From the NCBI GenBank assembly GCA_002269645.1, contig NIVC01000299.1, positions 124,001 to 188,000 on the forward strand: a DNA stretch of 64,000 nt, in the 5' to 3' direction. Source of the DNA: Macrostomum lignano (lineage: Eukaryota). Within the stretch, counting starts at the first letter, position 1, and each line of letters begins with the position of its first letter. Below, in pieces: positions 50,075 through 60,924 of the stretch. The notes beneath the pieces are model-generated. The model made no database searches and was not told the origin of the DNA. It was given only the letters and a program-made list of their open reading frames with translations. A program made the position numbers and the translations under genes.

Positions 50075-50648
50075 GACTCCCCGAGCCTGCGCCTTCTTCC
50101 CCGGCCTTGTGCGGCTCCTCCGCGACATTCGCGATGTCGACGATGACATTGTTGGCGAGGAGGCCACGCCGCTGACGTGCCCGGAGGTCGTCGCCGAGGA
50201 TGGCGACGATGCTCACCTGCGCCGCCTGCTGCTGCGCCTCGGCGAAGGCGAAACCATTCGGCGGGCCAGCCTGGTGGCGCTCAGCGACACCGGGTCTCGC
50301 GAGGTCGCCCTGCTGTGGCGGCTGGACGGCCGCTGCCGGGTGTACAGCTCCGACGTTGGCCAACTCCGTCCCGACGGTGATGACGACGCCGAAGGCCAGC
50401 GGGACGCCATCGGCAAGGCGGTCTGCCGCGGCCGCAAAGCCTGCCGCCTGTTGTACCTGCCGAGCTCCGACTCCGCTTTCGCCGGCGCGCACGGCCAGTG
50501 GTCGCGCGACGTGTCTGTCGGCAGCGTCTGCCTGCCGGAGCAGCTGGCGATGCGGGCGCTGCTGCTGCTGGCCCAGAGCACCGGCCAGCTGGCGCCGGGC
50601 TTCCGGCGGGTGCACGGATTTTACTGCGGCTTCGTGCCGTACGGCTGA
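49281..50648 (+). CDS. UBE3D: E3 ubiquitin ligase UBE3D (HECT_2 family), intronless
   Basis: LLCSFCSASL...YFCH...PRPGEC and the C-terminal LLYLP...QWSRDVSV..VCLP..LA...LLLLAQST..LAPGFRRVHGFYCGFV parallel human UBE3D. Start ambiguous (ATG 49281 or 49308, or an in-frame acceptor at 49347). Confidence 0.8.
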
Positions 50649-50914
50649 ACTGGGGCGGGACAGAATCCTTTGTTAGATATGGCTGCATTATGATTTTGTA
50701 ATCAATTTTTACCTGTCTGAACTCAGATTTATGCTTTCTTGCTTTTTAATATATGTAATTATTAGTGTTAAATATCTTATATTCTGAATTAAATTCCATT
50801 CCGTTGCTTAAAATTCAAATCCCGAGTCAAAATCTAAATCCCAACTTTCAACCCCAATTCTATTGCTTAAAATCTAAATTTTAAAGCCCAAGTATATCTA
50901 TCCTGTTAGTTTGC

Positions 50915-51780
50915 AGCCCAAAATCCCTATCCTGTAGCTCATCATCCCCCATCCTGTAGCTCAAAATCCCCATCCTGTAGCTCAAAATCCCCATCCTGTA
51001 GCTCGAAATCCCCATCCTGTAGCTCATCATCCCCCATCCTGTAGCCCAAAATCCCTATCCTGTAGCTCATCATTCCCCATCCTGTAGCCTCAAATCCCAA
51101 TCCTGTAGGTCAAAATCCCCATCCTGTAGCTCCAAATCCCTATCCTGTTGCTCGAAATCCCCATCCTGTAGCTCGAAATCCCATCCTGTAGCTCGAAATC
51201 CCCATCCTGAGACTCAAATCCCAATCCTGTAGGTCAAAATCCCCATTCTGTAGCCCAAAATCCCCATTCTGTAGCCCAAAATCCCCATTCTGTAGCCCAA
51301 AATCCCTATCCTGTAGCTCATCATCCCCCATCCTGTAGCCCAAAATCCCTATCCTGTAGCTCATCATTCCCCATCCTGTAGCCTCAAATCCCAATCCTGT
51401 AGGTCAAAATCCCCATCCTGTAGCTCCAAATCCCTATCCTGTTGCTCGAAATCCCCATCCTGTAGCTCGAAATCCCATCCTGTAGCTCGAAATCCCCATC
51501 CTGAGACTCAAATCCCAATCCTGTAGGTCAAAATCCCCATTCTGTAGCCCAAAATCCCCATCCTGTAGCTCGAAATCCCATCCTGTAGCTCGAAATCCCC
51601 ATCCTGAGACTCAAATCCCAATCCTGTAGGTCAAAATCCCCATTCTGTAGCCCAAAATCCCCATTCTGTAGCCCAAAATTCCCTATTCGGTAACTCAAAA
51701 TCCTCATCCTGTAACCCAAAATCCCCATCCTGTAACCAAAAATTCCCATCTATATCCCAAAATCCCCATCCCAAACTCCT
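50915..51780. repeat. ~20-bp minisatellite (AAATCCCCATCCTGTAGCTC) with higher-order duplication
   Basis: Directly visible. Confidence 0.93.
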
Positions 51781-52562
51781 CAGCCAAGCTTCATCACTAA
51801 TAAACGTCTCATTATCCATAGCCGCGCTGTGCGCATTTCTGCACAGTTTCTGTATTGTCTCAATTTAATTTGCTGGGCAAATATAAACAAAAATGTTTGA
51901 AAAAGTTTATCCCAAAATTTGGTGTCTGTTAAGTGCCTAAAATTTGCGTATCAATAAACCTGTCAGAATTCAAGCCGTTCATGCGGCTTAGATTGGTCTA
52001 ATCGATACCTGATGCAGCATTGTTGGCGCTTTATTATTTATTTGTATATCATTTTAGTCTTGTAGGCTCCCTTGTCTTCTTAGCCCAGCCGTGCATGTCT
52101 AAGCAGCTGCATGCAGTGCCAGCCGAGAGCTTTCCAACTCAGCATGCCGTGACCCGGGCGTGATTGATCCAGAAGCAGCGCAGACTACAGTTTCCTTCTA
52201 TCTCCTGTTCTATATATGGCTTGTCTCCCCGTATCACAGGCTCCAAACTAATTTCTCTTCGAAGAGATCTTTTTTTAAAGGATTCTCTTACTGCCAAGGC
52301 GTGTCTGGAATGCGTAATTTGAGTGCAGTTGAGCTGGGCCACTGCTGGCACTGTACAGATACTGGCTCATGGACCTCTAATTCTATAGAATCTTGGAAAT
52401 GATACATGCACTTATATTAGCTTGGGTGGGGTTTAGGCGGTTGCGGCAATTAAATCTCTGATTTTTCGGCACCAAACTCTTATCAAGTTTTTCAGGTTTT
52501 TTGGTAATTTCAAAGACGCTGTTGTATAGGATTTGTAAACTTGTACGCTTAGTGATGGCTGG

Positions 52563-53096
52563 CTAATCTCCCGAGGATACAGCTGGGGTTCTGAACCGCG
52601 TTTTGAGCACGTTCGCAGTTGTCTGGAATGCACAACTATCTGCCTGATGGGTTGCTGGCGGCTGCTGCACTCTGCCGGCCCCCGCTGAGGATGAGTTATT
52701 GGCCAGGCAGACCGAATAGCCTGCCCTGGGCATCGGCATGCAGGACAAACTTTTCAGAATGAAAACAGGGCGTGTTCCCCAACGCATCGGATTGTAATTA
52801 CCTCTGGTGCCCATGCGGCTCGCCCCATCTGCACGAATGGGGGCATCTGGGGACCGCTTGATGGGGCGTTGAGACCTCCGGGGGCAGCGGCGGCTGCGGC
52901 AGGAAGTGGGCATTGCGGAGCTTTGCATAGAAATTTGCCGGCTCTCAGTCAACTCCGCGGTCCGCAGCCACACATTTCGCGCACTCACTGCTCCGGCGGG
53001 GAGTGCGGCATCAGGGAATTTTGGACAGCTCATCCCGATGGGGCCCGCGGGGAGTGAGGAGTCTGTGGCGCGTGCCAGCCAGTCCATTAATTCCAT
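52563..53096 (-). CDS. Unassigned 177-aa ORF in a GC/CpG-rich patch, divergent from DHFR
   Basis: ATG-initiated non-repetitive ORF in locally GC-rich DNA; no recognisable domain. Confidence 0.2.
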   Translation of the reverse strand: MELMDWLARATDSSLPAGPIGMSCPKFPDAALPAGAVSARNVWLRTAELTESRQISMQSSAMPTSCRSRRCPRRSQRPIKRSPDAPIRADGASRMGTRGNYNPMRWGTRPVFILKSLSCMPMPRAGYSVCLANNSSSAGAGRVQQPPATHQADSCAFQTTANVLKTRFRTPAVSSGD

Positions 53097-53519
53097 GCCT
53101 AATCTGCCGAACTGCCGATAGATTCGACACTTTGCGGGGCTGGCGTCTTTTTTCGGCCGCCGGATTTTATTTCCAAAAGCTCTCAGCTCGGCTCGTTAAA
53201 TACGTAGCGAAATTGGGTTTTATTTATTACTGCATGGGTCAGCCTTGTCCAAGTTTGCTCTCAGCTCTGGAGTATTGCATTTCTTGCAGTATTCGTCACA
53301 TATTTCCTATTTTATTTGGTTCCGGCTTTAATTCACATGAATTATTCATTAAAATATTAGTCATACTGCTCCAATCAGCCCTACTGACTCCAGCGCATGG
53401 AATTAGATGCTTCTTAATGCCACAAGCCTGCACAGAACACAGCCTCCCCCACCATCAGTGTACATGTACGCCTGCAGTCCACTCCCCAGCACAGCCTGCC
53501 CCACCATCAGTTGACACAT

Positions 53520-53998
53520 GTCCAGTACAGAGGCTCCCGCACAATGGTGTGGCCACTCCCCAGCACAGAGGCTCCCGCACAATGGTGTGGCCACTCCCCA
53601 GCACAGAGGCTCCCGCACAATGGTGTGGCCACTCCCCAGCACAGAGGCTCCCGCACAATGGTGTGGCCACTCCCCAGCACAGAGGCTCCCGCACAATGGT
53701 GTGGCCACTCCCCAGCACAGAGGCTCCCGCACAATGGTGTGGCCACTCCCCAGCACAGAGGCTCCCGCACAATGGTGTGGCCACTCCCAACACAGAGGCT
53801 CCCGCACAATGATGTGGCCACTCCCCAGCACAGAGGCTCCCGCACAATGGTGTGGCCACTCCCCAGCACAGAGGCTCCCGCACAATGGTGTGGCCACTCC
53901 CCAGCACAGAGGCTCCCGCACAATGGTGTGGCCACTCCCCAGCACAGAGGCTCCCGCACAATGGTGTGGCCACTCCCCAGCACAGAGGCTCCCGCACA
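53520..53998. repeat. 38-bp minisatellite (CAGCACAGAGGCTCCCGCACAATGGTGTGGCCACTCCC)
   Basis: About 12 copies ending ~50 nt before the DHFR acceptor. Confidence 0.95.
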
Positions 53999-54046
53999 TG
54001 TTGGCTACGTACGAAATCGAACCGCCCACCTGCACTCAACCCGCAG

Positions 54047-54676
54047 CCATCGACTCAACAGAAGACTTTCAGCCTGGTTGTGGCCGCGGCCACCAACGGC
54101 GTGATCGGGCGGGACGGCGGCCTGCCCTGGGGCTACGGGCTGAAGACCGACTTGAAATTCTTCCGCCTGGTAACCAGCGGCCCCGCCAAGCCTTCGGCTG
54201 CGGACTCGCGGCGCAATCTGATCATCATGGGCCGGCGCACCTGGGACTCCCTGCCGCGCAAGCCGCTGCCCAACCGCCTGTCCGTGGTGCTCACCCGCTC
54301 TCCGGATGAGCTTCAGCCCCGCCTGCCGGACGGTGTCCGAGCCGCAGCCAGCCTGGACGCCGCCCTGGCTCTCGCCGATCCGGACGGCCCGCTGGCCGCC
54401 TCAGTCGCCGAAATCCACGTGATCGGCGGGGCCGCCGTGTACGCCGAGGCGGCCCGGCATCTGCGCCTCGGCCGGATCTACTTCACCCGCGTGTTTGACG
54501 ACAACTGCATTGGCGACTGCCGATTCCCGGACAGCCTGGACTGGTCCGAGTTCGTCCAGCTGCCGCCGGATCGGCTGCCGGAGCATCTCCGGGCGGAGTT
54601 CAGCTTCGATAGGCAGATCGAGGCTGGGCTCGAGTTCCAGTTCACCGTGTGGGACCGACGCGGTGACCTTGAATGA
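54047..54676 (+). CDS. DHFR: Dihydrofolate reductase (no in-frame ATG; begins at a splice acceptor)
   Basis: FSLVVAAATNGVIGRDGGLPW, TDLKFF, IIMGRRTWDSLPRKPLPNR, VIGGAAVY, IYFTRV and GDCRFP. The acceptor ccgcag at 54041-54046 is in phase 0. Confidence 0.95.
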   Translation, partial: PSTQQKTFSLVVAAATNGVIGRDGGLPWGYGLKTDLKFFRLVTSGPAKPSAADSRRNLIIMGRRTWDSLPRKPLPNRLSVVLTRSPDELQPRLPDGVRAAASLDAALALADPDGPLAASVAEIHVIGGAAVYAEAARHLRLGRIYFTRVFDDNCIGDCRFPDSLDWSEFVQLPPDRLPEHLRAEFSFDRQIEAGLEFQFTVWDRRGDLE

Positions 54677-55010
54677 CCTTTTATTAACCTGAACAATCTG
54701 AAATGACCTTCAATGGCCTTGAGTATCCCCGAAGGACCTTGAATAAGTCTGAGTGACCTTGAGTAACCTGAATGACCTTGACTAAGCCTGAATGACCTTG
54801 ACAAAGCCTGAATGACCTTGACTAAGCCTGAATGACCTTGACTAAGCCTGAATGTCCTTGACTAAGCCTAAATGACCTTCACTAACTCTGTAACTCGAAT
54901 GACCCTGAATGAACTTCAACGACATTGAAAAACCCCAAATGACCTTGAATGACCCTGAATGACCTTCAAAGCAGAATGAATGTTCTTATGGAAATAGAGT
55001 GACCTTGAGC
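54662..55010. repeat. ~20-bp degenerate repeat (GAATGACCTTGACTAAGCCT) starting at the DHFR stop
   Basis: Directly visible; 8 exact TGACCTTGA copies. Confidence 0.85.
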
Positions 55011-55740
55011 GACCATTGACTGTCTCTGAATGCAATTTGTTGACTTCAATTAGCCATTTGAATTCGAATAACCTGTAATAAGTCTGATTGAAGTTTAGCA
55101 TCAAGCTACGAGCGTAAAATTGTGTTTAAATTTCAGTAGCCAAATTTTTTAAACGTCTTCGTTGCAATTACGAGCGTAATTAATTTTTTTACAGCATTTC
55201 GCATTAAATATTTGCTATTTTTTAATAAAACTCAAATACATTTCATTGTTTCATTACTTGCAATTTATCCAAATCAACTTTCAAAGCTGCAATAATTCGC
55301 TATTTACTGGTGGACAGCAAAAGTACATTTCTCTGAGCTATCATCATCCCTAGTTAAGCTCAGCAATCAAAGTTAGTAAAGGGCCCAGCATGCCTGGCCG
55401 CGTGTCTTGTTCGCCTTGTCGGGGGAATAAACTTCATTGCTGAGCAAGAGGGCCGGCCGATGCGGCTGGGAAATGCTCGATGCTGATGAGAATTCGATAT
55501 CATGGGGTCTGAGCAGTAGATCTATCCGCGTCGCAGAGTTGAGAGGCCTTGCAGTCATTATTTGTGATGCAATTTGCTGCTCCTCAATGTCCGGCAGTCA
55601 CCAAATAGCTTAGCGTTTTAGTAGCTCCCTAAAACCCACATTACAGACCGTAGCCTGACCATGGCGCAAGGACATTGTAATATACGGCACTGCGATGATA
55701 TAATGCGCTCCAAACTTGGTCATTTATTTCAGGGTGGCAC

Positions 55741-56298
55741 CAGCAGTCGATGTGTTTCTTCTGGGGTACGGGCCATAGACATTAGGAATCGGTAACTTGC
55801 AACAGCAGTCGATGTGTTTCTTCTGGGGTAGGGGCCATAGACATTAGGAACCGGTAACTTGCAACAGCAGTCGATGTGTTTCTTCTGGGGTAGGGGCCAT
55901 AGACATTAGGAACCGGTAACTTGCAACAGCAGTCGATGTGTTTCTTCTGGGGTACGGGCCATAGACATTAGGAATCGGTAACTTGCAACAGCAGTCGATG
56001 TGTTTCTTCTGGGGTAGGGGCCATAGACATTAGGAATCGGTAACTTGCAACAGCAGTCGATGTGTTTCTTCTGGGGTAGGGGCCATAGACATTAGGAATC
56101 GGTAACTTGCAACAGCAGTCGATGTGTTTCTTCTGGGGTAGGGGCCATAGACATTAGGAATCGGTAACTTGCAACAGCAGTCGATGTGTTTCTTCTGGGG
56201 TAGGGGCCATAGACATTAGGAATCGGTAACTTGCAACAGCAGTCGATGTGTTTCTTCTGGGATACGGGCCATAGACATTAGGAATCGGTAAGTTGCAA
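55741..56298. repeat. 62-bp minisatellite, 9 copies
   Basis: Unit CAGCAGTCGATGTGTTTCTTCTGGGGTA(G/C)GGGCCATAGACATTAGGAATCGGTAACTTGCAA. Confidence 0.95.
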
Positions 56299-56904
56299 CA
56301 AACGAAACGAAAATCAACAGGAGAAGTTGACATGCGGTCAGTTGTCAGCAATGGGCAGGCATTAAAAGTTAAAGGTGCATTCGTTGAATTTTCAAGAGTC
56401 CATTGTGACGCAGTCCTCCATATGCTCCGTTAGAAAGGACTCTATAAGAATTCACCGTGCCGCATCATCTGCACGTGAGTCTTCTTTGCCACAGAGACTT
56501 GAACCGACGGCGTCTAAGTGGATTGTCCAGCGGAAAATGGTCCAGATCATCAGGGTGGGTCCGCCATTCGATAAAGTTGAACAGCTCCGCGTCATCCATG
56601 GTGGGCCTTGGCACTCAGTTCCGATATCAGGCTTTGTCGCTTGACTAGGAGTGCAGGAAGGGCTTACCTTTTTTGAGCACGCTAATTGAGAGTGAGAAAT
56701 GGGCAAGGGTTGCGTATAACAAATATGCTTGATTTTGATAACTATTGCAGAATGGGAGGGATGAGAGAAGATAAAAATTCAATCGATGATTTAATTTTAC
56801 ACTTAAAGTAGACTCAGGACGCAGCGAAATTAGGTGATAAAGAAGCTGTAAAATGAAATAAAACTGAGTAGCTGATTTACCTGATGGAATTTCCCCGCAC
56901 CATG

Positions 56905-57705
56905 GCATCTAAGAAATTTCCCTTGAGCCTTGGCATCTAAGAATTCCCCTTGAGCCTTGGCATCTAAAAAATTCCCCTTGAGCCTTGGCATCTAGGAAAT
57001 TACCCTTGAGCCTTGGCATCTAAGAAATTACCCTTGAGCCTTGGCATCTAAGAAATTACCCTTGAGCCTTGGCATCTAGGAAATTCCCCTTGAGCCTTGG
57101 CATCTAGGAAATTACCCTTGAGCCTTGGCATCTAAGAAATTTCCCTTGAGCCTTGGCATCTAAGAAATTTCCCTTGAGCCTTGGCATCTGAGAAGTTCCC
57201 ATTGAGTCTTGGCATCTGAGAAGTTCCCATTGAGTCTTGGCATCTAAGAAATTCCCATTGAGTCTTGGCATCTGAGAAGTTCCCATTGAGTCTTGGCATC
57301 TAAGAAATTCCCATTGAGTCTTGGCATCTGAGAAATTCCCATTGAGTCTTGCGCTTGGCATCTAAGAAATTACCCTTGAGCCTTGGCATCTAAGAAATTC
57401 CACTTCTGCCTTGGCATCTAAGAAATTCCCATTGAGCTTTGGAATCTAAGAAATTCCCATTGAGCCTTGGCATCTAAGAAATTCCCATTGTGCCTTGGCA
57501 TCTAAGAAATTTCCCTTGAGCCTTGGCATCTAGGAAATTACCCTTGAGCCTTGGCATCTAAGAAATTCCCCTTGAGCCTTGGCATCTAAGAAATTCCCCT
57601 TGAGCCTTGGCATCTGAGAAATTCCCATTGAGTCTTGGCATCTGAGAAATTCCCATTGAGCCTTGCGCTTGGCATCTAAGAAGTTCCCCTTGAGTCTTGG
57701 CATTC
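56905..57705. repeat. 28-29-bp minisatellite (CCTTGGCATCTAAGAAATTCCCATTGAG)
   Basis: Tandem copies ending ~270 nt upstream of the GluR ATG. Confidence 0.95.
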
Positions 57706-57972
57706 AAAAACTTCCTCGAGAGCCTTGCCTCCGTTACTTATTGGTTGTCTCTCTATACATATGCTCATTCATTTCATTCATCGGCATCCAATGAGCAGAA
57801 AAGTGGAGCTTTTTTCTAATCCCCCTCCGGGCCAATCGCCACCGACTCAGCCGTCCGACCACACAAAGTGCCGCATCGGCAGCTGCTTCACTCCTGCATC
57901 CCAAGCAGAGAAGCTGCATGCTGATCCCATTGCCAATTTGAGGCCACGATATCGCAGCACCGCGGAGTCCCC

Positions 57973-60924
57973 ATGATCGGCCTCATCCAGCTCAGCAGCC
58001 TCCTCATCCAGTTGCTGCTCATCAGCTGCGGATCCTCGGCCGCCGCGCCGCTGCGGATCCCAGTCGGCGCCATATTCGATGCCAGCCAGGAGCAGCTGAA
58101 GAACGCGCTGTTCCTGGCCGTGGAAAGCTTCAAGTCCGATCGCTTCGAACTGCTCGTCAACTACACCGTCACCAATAGCAACAGCTCGTACAACATGCAG
58201 CGCAGGCTGTGCCAGTATCTGTTCCCATCGGGGGCCTTCGCCGTGTTCGGCTCCACCAACGCCCTGACGGTGGACGGCATCCAAAACCTGGTCTCGGTGT
58301 TCCACGTGCCCTTCGTCACGTCGGGCATTGTGAAGGCCGAGAATCCCAAGGGCCAGGACTATATGCTCAACCTGCGGCCGCGCCACGTCATGGCAATCAT
58401 CGACACTCTGGATCTCTACAAGTGGTCCAATTTTGCTTACCTGGTCAACAGCCACGAAGGTTTGCACCGCTTCCAGGAGATCCTTCGCGAGTACCAGCGG
58501 CGACACGTCTACAGAGACGTGAATGTACAAATCATTTACCTGTCGGATACGCGCTTCGTCTACCCGGACCTGGCCAGGCTGGACAGCCTGCTCAAGGCCG
58601 AAGATCGCAAGCACGTCGTCATCGATCTTGACCCGCCTGAGGCTGTGTCGAATTTCCTGTACCAGATCCACGAGATGGGCATGAACCGCAGGGAGTATCA
58701 CTACTTGATTAGCGGCATCTCGGCTCTGGACATCGAGACCGAAGGCATGCACTATAGCGGAGTCAATGTCACTGGCTTCCAGCTGGTAAATGAGAGCCAG
58801 GTCAATGTGAAATCCTTAAAGCAGAAATGGCTACAGCTGTGTCAGCAGAAGCGCTGGGACTGCAGCAGGGGCGGAAACAGCCTGCCACTATACGAGGTCG
58901 CGCTTCTCATGGATGGCGTCGAGACCTTCGCCAGGGCCATCGACAGTCTGCTGTCGCGGCCCGATACTCGCAGACAAATCGAAGCCGCACTGAAGCAGCC
59001 CGCCTCGAGTAGAGTAGACTGTCTCCAGAAAGTGTACCAGTCGCGGTCCAAGCTGCTGAACCCGCGGGTGTACGCCTACCAGTACCTCGGTCCCTCCGTG
59101 CCAATCCGCACGTCCAAAATCGGGGAGCTGCTAATGCGCGAAATGTCGGCGATCAGCTTCCCCGGCTACAGCGGCCAGGTGACCTTCGACGAGAACGGCT
59201 TCCGTTCCAACTTCTCCATTCAGCTGATGGAGCTGGAGGGGACGAAGTCGTTCCAGCCGGCGGGCGGCTGGCACACCAACTTGGGACTTCAGCGGCAGCT
59301 CATCAGCTCTGGAAATGCTTCTACCGCGGCTGCGAACTTCACTAAAGTTATTCGCGTCGTCACGATCAAATCCGAGCCGTTCATCCAGCCCAGGGAAACC
59401 AAGCCCAACGAGCCCGAGCCGGTGGGCAACGACCGGTTTGAAGGCTTCTGCATCGAAATGTTTAAGAAGATGGCCGAGAGACTTGGCATCCAGTACAGGA
59501 TTCACTTTGTTCGCGACAACCAGTACGGCAGAATTGACAAGAAGGGCGAGTGGAATGGAATGATTGGCGAGCTGCTGAGGAACGAGGCGGACATCGCTCT
59601 GGCGCCTCTCACCATCACAACAGAGCGAGCTGAGTTCGTGGACTTCACCGAGCCGTTTCTTACTTTCGGTATCTCCATCATGATTAAGAAGCCAAAGAAG
59701 GAGAAGCCGGGTACGTTCAGCTTCCTGCGGCCCTTGTCACCGGAGGTGTGGAGCTACATCTTGACAGGCTGCCTGGGCGTGAGCCTCGGCCTGTACCTCT
59801 GCTCCCGCATCAGCCCGCTCGAGTGGCAGGTCGAATTCGAAAACGAGTTGCCGCCGGTGCACAAAGTGACGCGCGACTTCACCGTGAGCAACTCTTTCTG
59901 GTTCTCCTTCGCCGCGGTTGTCAATCAAGGCATCGACCTGTCGCCGCGTAGTTCGGGGACTCGCGTGGTGGCCAGCGCCTGGTGGTTCTTCACGCTCATC
60001 ATGATTGCATACTACACAGCCACCCTAGCTGCCTTCCTCACCGTTGAGCTGCTCAGAACCCCCATTGACAGCTGGGAGGACCTTGCCGAGTCCAAGGAGA
60101 TCCTGTACGGCACGCTGAACTCCGGATCAACTAAGGCATTCTTTCTCACTACAAAGCTGCCTCCGTTTGACCTCATCGGAATCAACATGCAGAAGAATGA
60201 GAAGAAGGGCCTCGGCGTCTACGTGAACACTAGCGAGGACGGCATCCGCAAGGTGCGCGAGTCCAAAGGCCGCTACGCCTTCCTGCTGGAGTCAAAGACC
60301 AACGAGTTTCATAACAACCGCGATCCCTGCGACACCATGATGGTTGGACAGCCGTTCGGCGACAAGGGCTACGCCATCGCGACGCCAAAAAAATCGCCTT
60401 TCCACGAGAAACTTAACGATGCCGTGCTGCAGCTGCGAGAGGCCCAGGTGCTCGCCCAGCTCTACAAGAAGTGGTGGATCGAGAAAGGCCAGTGCATCAG
60501 CGACGACTCCGGAGGCGGCGGCCTGTCCGCCCTGACGGTGGTGAACGTGGCCGGCGTGTTTTACATCCTGGTGGCGGGCTTGGGCATCGCGCTGGCCATC
60601 GCTTTGGTCGAGTTCTACTTCACCAAAAGACGGGAGGCGGCAAAGGCCCGCCTGGACGACTCGGTGGTGACCGCGGCGGCCCGCGCTCGTCTGCTGGACA
60701 CTTCGTCCGAAGGCGGCGGACTCGAAGATGCGCCGGCAAACCCGCCATCGCCAGTACGAAGGTCGGCAGTTGCCGCTGCCACCGTCACCGCCGCCTGCCA
60801 GCGTCGGAGCAACGGAAAAGAGCGGGACGACGACGAAGCGGCGACAGGGCGGCGAGAATTTGCGGGCCCGGTGCACGTGCACCAGAGTGGCAGCGGCTAC
60901 GGGCTGAAGACCTGCGCCTTGTAG
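57973..60924 (+). CDS. GRIA-like: Ionotropic glutamate receptor, AMPA-like, intronless, 983 aa
   Basis: Signal peptide, ATD, S1 (WNGMIGELLRNEADIALAPLTITTER), M1-M3, S2 (YGTLNSGST, YAFLLES, KWWIEKGQC) and M4 (NVAGVFYILVAGLG). Confidence 0.97.
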   Translation: MIGLIQLSSLLIQLLLISCGSSAAAPLRIPVGAIFDASQEQLKNALFLAVESFKSDRFELLVNYTVTNSNSSYNMQRRLCQYLFPSGAFAVFGSTNALTVDGIQNLVSVFHVPFVTSGIVKAENPKGQDYMLNLRPRHVMAIIDTLDLYKWSNFAYLVNSHEGLHRFQEILREYQRRHVYRDVNVQIIYLSDTRFVYPDLARLDSLLKAEDRKHVVIDLDPPEAVSNFLYQIHEMGMNRREYHYLISGISALDIETEGMHYSGVNVTGFQLVNESQVNVKSLKQKWLQLCQQKRWDCSRGGNSLPLYEVALLMDGVETFARAIDSLLSRPDTRRQIEAALKQPASSRVDCLQKVYQSRSKLLNPRVYAYQYLGPSVPIRTSKIGELLMREMSAISFPGYSGQVTFDENGFRSNFSIQLMELEGTKSFQPAGGWHTNLGLQRQLISSGNASTAAANFTKVIRVVTIKSEPFIQPRETKPNEPEPVGNDRFEGFCIEMFKKMAERLGIQYRIHFVRDNQYGRIDKKGEWNGMIGELLRNEADIALAPLTITTERAEFVDFTEPFLTFGISIMIKKPKKEKPGTFSFLRPLSPEVWSYILTGCLGVSLGLYLCSRISPLEWQVEFENELPPVHKVTRDFTVSNSFWFSFAAVVNQGIDLSPRSSGTRVVASAWWFFTLIMIAYYTATLAAFLTVELLRTPIDSWEDLAESKEILYGTLNSGSTKAFFLTTKLPPFDLIGINMQKNEKKGLGVYVNTSEDGIRKVRESKGRYAFLLESKTNEFHNNRDPCDTMMVGQPFGDKGYAIATPKKSPFHEKLNDAVLQLREAQVLAQLYKKWWIEKGQCISDDSGGGGLSALTVVNVAGVFYILVAGLGIALAIALVEFYFTKRREAAKARLDDSVVTAAARARLLDTSSEGGGLEDAPANPPSPVRRSAVAAATVTAACQRRSNGKERDDDEAATGRREFAGPVHVHQSGSGYGLKTCAL

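Noticed and set aside
49737-50615. 292-aa antisense ORF over UBE3D, and antisense ORFs over GluR, pol and RhoGAP
   Set aside because: Shadow ORFs of GC-rich coding sequence.
53003-54309. Multiple ORFs over the 38-bp array, including a long DHFR N-terminal extension
   Set aside because: A 38-bp unit cycles through frames, and the GTG start at 53852 lies within the array.
55741-56298. CRISPR-like appearance of regular repeats (also 1385-2222)
   Set aside because: No unique spacers, no cas genes, and a eukaryotic context.
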